Below are positions 8,080 to 16,934 of a stretch of 22,761 bases of DNA, one piece after another. This stretch comes from Azolla caroliniana (Eukaryota > Plantae > Polypodiophyta), in contig JBHGNT010000497.1 of assembly GCA_043228905.1 (NCBI GenBank), forward strand, positions 1 through 22,761, given 5' to 3'. A program made the translations under genes and the position numbers. The notes under the pieces are model-generated. The model was not told the origin of the DNA. It worked only from the letters and a program-made list of their open reading frames with translations, and did not search any database. Position 1 is the first letter of the stretch. Every line of letters starts with the position of its first letter.

Positions 8080-11000
8080 ATATAGTGAAAAATGCATTTA
8101 TCTGGAAACCTCTACCGACTCACCAAGTTGTGTACTACTGTAATTCCCTGTGTAGAGGCTTGGGGCTGGTGAATGGTTCACAGCACGTGTATCTGCTTGT
8201 GGGCTCTTTCATATTGCATATCCGAGTGCTAGAGAAGTGCTTCGTTCTGATTTACGAGCAGTATACAATCAACTTTGTCATGATGATTTGCCAATGGTGA
8301 GACGATCAGCTGCCTCAAATCTGGGCAAATTTGCTGCGACTGTTGAGCCGTCATATCTCAAGTCAGAGATCCTGTCCTTTTTTAGGGACTTGACTCAAGA
8401 TGGTACTTTTTGTTCACATGAATCTGCATTCTGAATGAAACTGGAGTGTTCGAATCCTAAGTTTTATCGTACTACTGCTACTTTGCTATTATATGTCTTA
8501 CAAATTCTAATGACTTGCAGTTCAGGATTCTGTAAGGATTCTTGCAGTCGAGGGGTGTGCTGCATTAGGCAAGCTTTTGGAACCACAGGATTGTGTTGCA
8601 AGCATTCTACCTGTTATAATCAGTTTTTCTCAGGTTTGTGTGTATATCTATAACATAATATTTAACTTCATCAGACATTGATTTTGTCGTATGTTTATGG
8701 GGTGGATGTTTCCTTATGCATGACTATATCAGGATAAATCATGGAGGGTGCGATACATGGTTGCCAATCAGTTGTATGACCTCTGTGAGGCAGTGGGTCC
8801 CGAATCAACAATGTTAGTGAGTTTGTTTAGTGTAGTTTTAATGAATGTTTAGCACACTCTTTTCAGTTAACCATAAACATTCTTATTTGGCTCATGTGTC
8901 AGGGCTGAACTAGTACCAGCTTATGTACGCTTGCTCCGTGACAATGAGGCTGAAGTAAGAATTGCTGCTGCTGGAAAGGTGACCAAGTTCTGCAAGATTG
9001 TGAGCTTTCCACTTGCAATTCAATCTATACTCCCCTGTGTTAAGGTAAGCCAAACTCTTTTATGTTATGTTAAGAGAATTGTTTTGAAACCTCATAATCG
9101 ACTTTAAATATTGTACATATCAATGATAGGACTTGGCATCTGACTCATCACAACATGTCCGGGCTGCCCTTGCATCAGTCATCATGGGCATGGCTCCTAT
9201 TCTAGGGAAAGTATGGTTATTTCTTGACATCTTTTGGCTTGCCTTACCGGATCTTCTGTTTTATATTCTTTTTGTGTGATACTTTTCTTTTAGGAAGCCA
9301 CAATTGAGCAACTGCTGCCTATCTTTCTTTCACTCTTGAAAGATGAATTTCCGGATGTGCGGTTGAATATAATTAGCAAGCTTGACCAAGTTAATCAGGT
9401 ATGGATTTTAAAACCAGGATCTAAATTTTTTGTTTTTAACTACGTCAATTTTTGTTCATTTCATCTCTCTCTCTCTCTCTCAATGTACACAGTATTGTGT
9501 CAGACATATTTGTACAGTAATGATAAAGCTTAGAATATGCTACTTTGCAATGGTTTATATTCAATGATGAGAGTCGAGCAATGTTTGAAAACCTGAGAGT
9601 TTATATGTTTGCTCAACTTTGGTACTAAACATTGTATGAATAACTATCAAAGAAAATTGAGGGTTAAATGGCAGCTGTTCTTGTGTGCAGGTTATTGGTA
9701 TTGATTTGCTTTCACAGTCTCTTCTACCTGCAATTGTAGAACTGGCAGAAGACAAGCATTGGCGAGTTCGACTTGCAATAATTGAGTATATTCCTCTGTT
9801 AGCAAGCCAATTGGGCGTTGATTTCTTTGATGATAAACTTGGAGCCTTATGCATGCAGTGGCTTGGTGATCAGGTAAGCTTCTGCTTAAAGGAAAATAAG
9901 AGACTATTTCTCCAATTGAAATAATCCTATGTTCTGTCAAATATATTCGAATGATGTTTAGTTTCAGTAGAGGTTTTGTCTCAAATATATCATTTGATAC
10001 TCCAACTCACTTGAACAGACCAAAACGTAGAAGAGATCCTTGTAATTGTCCAAAACTAACTAGAACAGCCAAACCAGATGTATGGTCACTTGCCCTTCTT
10101 CTCTCTGAAGTGATATTGAGCCCTATTCCCCCTGTCCATGTCTTTTTCCCATCTTCATTGTTAATCTTCAATTAAACTTTCCTCTAGGATGACAAGAAAA
10201 GTCAAGGAAACTCTCAAAAGTAGAAGACATGAACAAGAAACATAGTGGCTCTGCACTCAATGTGTTAGACTTGTAAGGTTATTGCTCTGGAAAGTGCACA
10301 TACATTCTTGAGAAAAAAAATCAAGAACTTGGAAAAGAGCTCCAACCCACATGCATATGCCAAGGTATTATTTAGAAAGAGCTTCAATTATTCAACATTG
10401 AATACATGAACTTACACAAATGTGATGATAGAGAGATATCAAAGGGGAGCTCAAGAAGGATTGGATTGAGATTGAGAAAGAGGAATCGAAAATAACAATC
10501 AAGAAACCAAGTTTGTTGCACAAAAAGAGGAAACTAACCAAGGCTATTGTACGCACTAACCAAGAAGAATGTGACATGTCTGTCAATTTAACATTGGGGT
10601 CACTAGGATTGTTGAGAACATATATACGCCTCAGGTAGGTAGGTGGTGGAGAAGCACACATGTAACCTGGCCATGTGAATGGAGATCTGTTTCTATTTGT
10701 TGAAAAGCACGTAAAGCTAGGCAGAATCCCTCATCCTCCAATTTCCATCCGAAGTATGGTTGTTTATGTACCCGTATTTAACATTTAAATACGTGTAGTA
10801 GCTCATAATTTGTATAGTACGTACTATACCTCAATGTTGTTCAGTCAAAGATTATGTATATTTGTCCAATACAATATTTAACGTACATTTGAAAAAACAG
10901 GTATAATATGTATTTATAAGAAGAAAAATCCCAACAAAAAGCAATAGAAAAAAAAGATTTTAGTGAAAAAGAAGCAAAAAGAAGAACAAAAGAGATGATG

Positions 11001-14000
11001 ATGGACGAAGAAGAAGAAAAAGAAAAAGAAGAAAAAGAAGAAAAAGAGAGAAAAGAAGACAGAAACCTATCCTGACTCTGAGTGTGATAATCATAGAAGA
11101 TAGAAGAAGTAGAAGAAGAGAGAAAAGACGACAGAAACCTATCTTGAGTGTAATAATCGTAGATGATTCCTCAATCTATGAAGGCATAATCGTAAATAAT
11201 TACAATTTGAAGTAGAACATCGCGATACACACTTACATTGATTTATAGAATAAGTGAATGTCGACATCCATATTATAAGTATTTTAGGATGTGAAATGTT
11301 CAAATGTCTTATATGCGTTTTAGGATATAGAACTATAATGTACATCACAAAAGTGTGTAAACATAGATGCTTTTTACAATATTATAAATATTTTTTAGAA
11401 AGATAAATAATTTTTCAAATTCTAGAAGTATTTAACGTACTATACGTATTTTATAAGTATTAACATATTAAAAAACGTATTTAACGTATTTTTAAATTGG
11501 GAGGTACTATACGCGTATTAATATGTTATATACGTATGGTATCCGTACCGTATCTAACGTACCTAACAACCTTGATCCGAAGAGGTAAGAAGTACCTCAA
11601 TCCCAAGCAAATGATCCCACTTGGCCTTAAAGGGCTGCTTGTTTACCTTGATGATAACCTCACCAAATTCAATGTCACTCTTAGGAGAGTCTGCATGCCT
11701 GAAGTGGACCGAGAACATAAGGGAAGAGAACCAACTACCGTGATAGGGATTCGTCATTGATGGAAACTCATCACATAGGAACTCCTGGCCTGTGGAACAC
11801 AAAACTAGGAGCATCAGGTTGATGTTTAGGACTGCAACGAAGATCTAATGGATGGATTCAGAGTGACTCATGGATGTGATGGGTGGTTGAGATATCATAT
11901 TTCTCAAAAGAGATGGATGAGAGCCTCCAGAGAGGCCTACTCAGGGTACATGGTTTTCAGTGAGAATCAGACCTTGATCCCGGTGAAATTGTACATGGTG
12001 GAACAATTCATACAGTCTGGCCATTCTCTTTAGAGAGTAAGTCAAATGGATATGACTTGTTGCTCATAAACCAATTGCAAGTTTCTTGCGAACCAATCTA
12101 GCGCTTGCAGAGGATCAAACTTTATACATTGCATTACATGATTTTGCCTCATGCTCTAGATTTGCTATGACATAGAAGGAAGTGGGCGGAGCGAAGGTGT
12201 CCCATACCCATGCTTGGCAGAGGGTATGTGGAGTATTTCACCTTTGGGGACGTCTTCCTTATGGGAATTTCAATGCTAAAGCTGGTCACCACTCATGCAC
12301 ATCCTTGATTAAAAAATCCCGAGATTGTATGCACCATCACAGATGATGATTCTGTGAGAACCTTGCCAAATATGATTCATGCTAGTCTCCAGGATGCCAT
12401 GTACTTAGATTAGGTTCCCAGCACCATCTCATTCTCTATTATGTGGCATTGGCCATGTATATTATTGTCTTCTTTTCCACAGTCACCACCCAAATAGCAT
12501 CTATGTCCTTACATCATCCATTGTTAGATGTATTCTTGCCCTGGGACTATTCCCCAAAGTCGAAGATACGATGATGAGCTCTTCTGGAGCTTATGATCTA
12601 AGCAAGCAGTAGGAGAGACTATACAAGTATGGGTAACTGGAACATCCTCAAAGAGCGTCAACAGACTATGCCTATGAAGCTTCCAGTTGAAAGGCATGAA
12701 GGCATGATTAAGAGAGATTATATGAGTGCACATTGCCATCTTGTCAATGTCGGGAACAGCTTCTGATGCAGTTCTTGTGGGAGGCTACCTGTCAGCAATA
12801 ATCACACCATGTTCACACCTGTATATATCATTCTTTGTCCACGGATTATTACAGGCTGAAACTAGGTATATTGTGGTTTTCTCTCATAATTGCATTCATT
12901 TTATCATTGTGCTACCCTGGCCATATCACCACAAGCTATATCAGGGAGTTGTTTCTCATCACCTTGTACTATGGGAAGCTACCTGTCAGCCATATTCACA
13001 CCATGTTCACCTGGATATTTCATTCTTTGTCCATAGATCATTGCATGCTGAAGCTAGGTATATTGTGGTTTCATTTCATCATTGTATTCATTTTATCATT
13101 GTACTACCCTGGGCATATCGCCACAAGCTAGATTATGGAACTTTTATTTCTCACCACCTTGTGTTATGGGATCATATAGACACCTTATGTTCCATTGTTA
13201 TCATTCATGTACTCTTTTTTGTACAGACATACACACTGTTTTATATACTTATCTATCAGTATTGAAGGATACAAAATCAACATGCAGGTATTTTCCATAA
13301 GAGAAGCTGCTGCTAATAATCTTAAAAGGCTAGCAGAGGAATTTGGGCCTGAATGGGCTATGCAACACATTGTTCCCCAGGTATTGTTTCTAGAGGCATT
13401 CCATCTTTTACTTGTGTAATTTTCATTTCAATGATCCTTAGCATTTTAAACCTCATTTCACTGCTGTTTCAATTGAGTCGCTCAACTATATGCAAGATAA
13501 CAATCAGTGTGCTACTTCTATTGTTTTACCTGTAAGCACACAAGTTAAAAGGTTGTTATTGAAGTGAGTTCAAAATATATGTATTGGTACAAAATTTTCA
13601 TGTCTGTCTGAGTAGCATTACCTGCAGAAATCTGTACTGCTTAACTACAGGTTCTTCTTTTGCCAGGTTCTTGAGATGATTAATAATGGTCATTATCTAT
13701 ATCGAATGACTATTTTAAATGCTATATCACTACTTGCTCCAGTGATGGGAGCTGAAGTAACATGTCAAACTATGCTTCCTGTGGTCATTGAGGCTGCAAA
13801 GGATAGGTATGCCAATAACTTCTTTTTCAAAAAAACTGTAGGGGTTGTATTGGACTCTACATTCCTCCCAAAATGGACAGATTTTCGAACTGTTCTGTGA
13901 CTATAGTCGAAGAGCTCAAAAATGATAGAAAGAATGTAGCTTCATGGAGAATAAGTTAGGATATCTGGATTAGTGAGCAAAGAGTTTAGTTCTCGTTTTC

Positions 14001-14772
14001 CGCAAATTTCGATTTGAGTTTGACTCACAGTTTATGGCATTACTGTAGGGTGCCAAACATCAAATTTAATGTGGCTAAAGTTTTACAAGCTTTGACGTCT
14101 GTTGTGGATGCGACGGTAACTCCTCATTTTTCAATTCAAACTTGATTAATATTGATTTTTCTTATTGGGCTTTGTACGGTTTATGCACAAGTATTTATTG
14201 TTTGTGATCAGTGGCCGTGAAACACAAGTATAGATCTGCAAGGAACATAGAGAGATGCATGTGTATTATGTATATTATGATTGAGGACCACTCATTTTTG
14301 TTCTGAAAGCATCATTGCATTTTTGTTTTAATTGGGTTGTTTCTCATACAAATCAAACCTCATTATTTCATCCCAATTACATTGCGGATTTGTATGAGAG
14401 AAGCAATCTCACTCAAAGCAAATCCTAATTTCTTTGATATGAAGAAAGATGTGCATAACAGTTAGCTGCCAAAATATGTGTACTGCTATCTATGTATGCA
14501 CATGTTCTATACAGAAGCTGATTTACTGTATTCATTTCATTTGTTCGCCTAACTCTAAAACAATCTCTCAGAAACTTGCGGATTTATTTACTTTTGGTTG
14601 GATTGTTTTGCAACAATTGAACTGGATACTACATCATTGCTCTTCTCTTCTATAGGTTGTGGAGCAAAGCATTCGGCCTTGTCTGATAGAGCTAAGTGAG
14701 GATCCAGATGTTGATGTGAGATATTTTGCTGCTCAGGCTTTGCAGACCTGTGACCAATATATGTCGACTTGA
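7304..14772 (+). CDS. PP2AA: Serine/threonine protein phosphatase 2A 65-kDa regulatory (scaffold) subunit A, HEAT-repeat protein; complete, 12 coding exons, 586 aa
   Basis: join(7304-7696,8156-8402,8521-8633,8733-8812,8903-9044,9130-9210,9294-9398,9691-9873,13288-13380,13667-13806,14049-14115,14656-14772) = 1761 nt. All introns are GT-AG and the frame is open to the TGA. Hallmark motifs: [78 protein letters not shown] and [11 protein letters not shown], as in plant PP2AA/RCN1 and human PPP2R1A. Confidence 0.98.
7813..8108. repeat. Recent intronic tandem duplication (134 and 150 bp copies), each copy containing a (TA)n microsatellite
   Basis: 7813-7946 and 7959-8108 both read taatgaaatactcaagg...gcatttatctggaaa. 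Two substitutions plus a microsatellite length change; 12-nt spacer. Confidence 0.95.
8156..8402 (+). CDS. PP2AA: PP2A-A coding exon 2
   Basis: tgtag|AGG; [18 protein letters not shown]...DDLPMVRR...DLTQD; donor G|GTAC. Confidence 0.95.
8521..8633 (+). CDS. PP2AA: PP2A-A coding exon 3
   Basis: ttgcag|TT; [19 protein letters not shown]...FSQ; donor CAG|GTTT. Confidence 0.95.
8733..8812 (+). CDS. PP2AA: PP2A-A coding exon 4
   Basis: atcag|GAT; [26 protein letters not shown]; donor AT|GTTAGT is required to keep the frame. Confidence 0.93.
8903..9044 (+). CDS. PP2AA: PP2A-A coding exon 5
   Basis: gtcag|G; [26 protein letters not shown]...LPCVK; donor AAG|GTAAGC. Confidence 0.95.
9130..9210 (+). 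CDS. PP2AA: PP2A-A coding exon 6
   Basis: gatag|GAC; [27 protein letters not shown]; donor AAA|GTATGG. Confidence 0.95.
9294..9398 (+). CDS. PP2AA: PP2A-A coding exon 7
   Basis: ttttag|GAA; [35 protein letters not shown]; donor CAG|GTATGG. Confidence 0.95.
9464..9481 (+). repeat. (TC)n microsatellite, intronic
   Basis: About 9 TC units read directly. Confidence 0.85.
9691..9873 (+). CDS. PP2AA: PP2A-A coding exon 8
   Basis: tgcag|GTT; [31 protein letters not shown]...WLGDQ; donor CAG|GTAAGC. Confidence 0.96.
10755..11574. mobile_element. Non-autonomous hAT-superfamily DNA transposon (Ds/MITE-like), 820 bp
   Basis: Perfect 8-bp direct repeat ATCCGAAG at 10747-10754 and 11575-11582. Imperfect TIRs: TATGGTTGTT on the left versus AACAACCTTG on the right (rc CAAGGTTGTT). 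Repeated subterminal TAT(T/C)TAAC and GTACTATAC motifs at both ends. AT-rich interior with no transposase ORF. Confidence 0.85.
10965..11170 (+). repeat. GAA/GAAAAA-rich low-complexity tract with an internal ~50-bp duplication, inside the hAT element
   Basis: gaagaaaaagaa runs. agagaaaaga(a/c)gacagaaacctatc...tgagtgt.ataatc.taga occurs at ~11047 and ~11118. Confidence 0.85.
12778..13171. repeat. Older intronic tandem duplication, 2 x ~195 bp
   Basis: tggga.gctacctgtcagc...caccatgttcac...ctaggtatattgtggttt...ctaccctgg.catatc.ccacaagcta...caccttgt starts at 12778 and again at 12972. The copies are clearly diverged. Confidence 0.93.
13288..13380 (+). CDS. PP2AA: PP2A-A coding exon 9
   Basis: tgcag|GTA; [31 protein letters not shown]; donor CAG|GTATTG. 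Confidence 0.95.
13667..13806 (+). CDS. PP2AA: PP2A-A coding exon 10
   Basis: ttgccag|GTT; [28 protein letters not shown]...AAKD; donor AG|GTATGC. Confidence 0.95.
14049..14115 (+). CDS. PP2AA: PP2A-A coding exon 11
   Basis: tgtag|G; [22 protein letters not shown]; donor ACG|GTAACT. Confidence 0.95.
14656..14772 (+). CDS. PP2AA: PP2A-A coding exon 12 (terminal)
   Basis: tatag|GTT; [38 protein letters not shown]; TGA at 14770-14772. Confidence 0.95.
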   Translation, partial: VVEQSIRPCLIELSEDPDVDVRYFAAQALQTCDQYMST

Positions 14773-16733
14773 TTGTGACAATTTTCTGAAGGAACCAACA
14801 ATACTTGTTCACATCTTTGCCATTCAATTCTGCTGAGTTTCTATCTGGTAATGTTTTCTATACTTCAAAGTTCAGTAGGAGAGATCTCCTAATGAAGGGA
14901 GTAGGACGCATTTCTGGATATATTTTTTTAAATTAAGTTGAACCAGTTTGTTGTGATGATTATAGAACTACTTCAGTAGCATAAATCATGTTATTCACAA
15001 ACTCAGGCGTGCTTAGTTTTCTGTGGGGATGTCGGAATGGAAAGTCCCCATCCTCGTTGTATGTAAGATATCAGCATTGTTAAAAACTTGTTTAGTTGTT
15101 TGTTGAGCTATGAGGTTGAGACGTTAAAACCGCCATGTCAAAAAAGTTTTTGGTTCTTATTTTTGGCTAAAACGCAGTACCCATGTTAGTCTGGAAGTTG
15201 CAGTTATACTAAGGATTCTGCATTCAGATTTCACTTCAACAGATTTTTATATTAGATACACTAAACACATCATTCTTGTAGAATAAGTTATCTACCATTC
15301 ACTATAATTTCTTGTTGCATTTCATGTATAATGCTGTTGATTGGTTTGTTGATGATACGTGAGAAATGAGTCGTGCCCATATATTAGAATTACTCCTGTA
15401 AAGCCTATTTATTAAGATTCAAAAAGTTTTCAATAATGTCACCATGGTTTAGTTGAGGTCAAATGATTCACCAATGTAATATCTTGAAATAGATTAATTT
15501 CACCGTGAAATAGATTAATTGATCGAATAGTCATGATTTGGGAGCTATTTACTATGAACCAAGCAAAAACTTGTTTACTCTGTGGGAAATCCTGAAAAAG
15601 AGCTAATGGTCCTCTCTGAATCATTGGAAGGTACAATACAATGTGTTGGTTGACCGAGAGTCTGTCTTTCGAAATTATACCATACACCTGGAGTTCATCT
15701 TCTAAGTAAATTGCTATTACGAAATGTGTATTGACAAAGTTGTTAAAGTTGAGCATGTCTCGCTTGGTGTAGCAAATAAATAAAATTCAAAATTGACTCC
15801 AAATTGTGGTCTTGCACATTAAATAGGACGTGTTGCCAACATTGTCAAAGATTTTCAATTCCAAAATTTCCAAAGATTATCTTTGTAAAATTGTATGAAC
15901 CTCCAACAACATATCCTAAATATCATACTTCACTATACTTCAAAAGTAAACATCATTACAACAAAATTGACACAAGGGGCTATATTTCACAAGGGACTGT
16001 GTGATGACAAGACGCTATCATAAGTAACAAAACCCCCAACAAATTACAACGCTCACAAGTAACAATGCACCATTACATGGGCAACATAATACTTTATCAT
16101 GTGCATCCATGATTTCATTAAGGCTTGAAATTGTACATGTAGTTGCTGCGCCCATTGTCTCTCTAAAATAACAGTTAGGGGTGTTATCCATAAATGCAGA
16201 ATTTTCTCTGTTTGTCTCGCTCTCATATATCTTTTGTTCTTTTTCTAATAGCTTAATGCCTTAAATATATAAATATATATATTTACAAATAATACATTAC
16301 TTAAATATAAATATAAATATGTATTGACAAAATGCTGTTGTGTCTTTGCAATCCAAAGTTCGTGGCAGCCCGGAACACATGAAATTAGATGACACTCTAT
16401 AGCAAAGAACATACCGATATCTCTCAACTGTCAAACAATTAAATATTTGATTTCTGACATTCTCATCATTCATATGTATGGGCTCTATCAAGTATTAATT
16501 GAATGAGATCAACATGTCACAAAAGGTGCCTACCCCAATCTTGGGTATGAGAATGTTGTACAATGGTTTGCTGATTGGTGAAGCAAAGTTCAGTAGACCT
16601 GTTGGATAAAAATCAGAAATATTAAAATAATCAGATTCAACAAATGAAAATAAAGTCAGAAGCATTGAGTATTAAACTGTGTTTCATCATACCTTAAATT
16701 TCTGATTGCCAGCAAAACCAACAAGAAAATTTT

Positions 16734-16934
16734 TCATAACCCCATGTTGAATCCACCACCTAGAACTTTCGGATGTGATGGACCCTCTGTATTAAGCCCT
16801 GTTAATTGATTTGCATCTCTGATCTTTTGCTTTTGTTTTTGTTCTTTTGATTTCTTTTCATAGAGCTTATGCTTTATTCCATCAAGTTCTGCATTCAACC
16901 TTTTTATTTCAGCTGAATGCTCCTTCACTTGACC
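16734..16934 (-). CDS. CFAP58: CFAP58 terminal exon
   Basis: gtgcag|GGT; GQVKEHSAEIKRL...KVLGGGFNMGL*. Confidence 0.92.
   Translation of the reverse strand, partial: GQVKEHSAEIKRLNAELDGIKHKLYEKKSKEQKQKQKIRDANQLTGLNTEGPSHPKVLGGGFNMGL

Noticed and set aside
12726-13265. 179-aa His-rich ORF with an internal repeat, the longest ORF in the track
   Set aside because: It coincides with the 195-bp intronic duplication, starts at a non-ATG codon and has intron-like composition. Overlapping frames are also open.
15439-15756. 105-aa - strand intergenic ORF and a 15-bp direct repeat tgaaatagattaatt (~15485, ~15505)
   Set aside because: No recognisable domain or splice context, and the repeat is too short to interpret.
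16261-16325. AT-only palindromic tract
   Set aside because: Low-complexity TA sequence is self-complementary by default; no TIR/TSD pair found.
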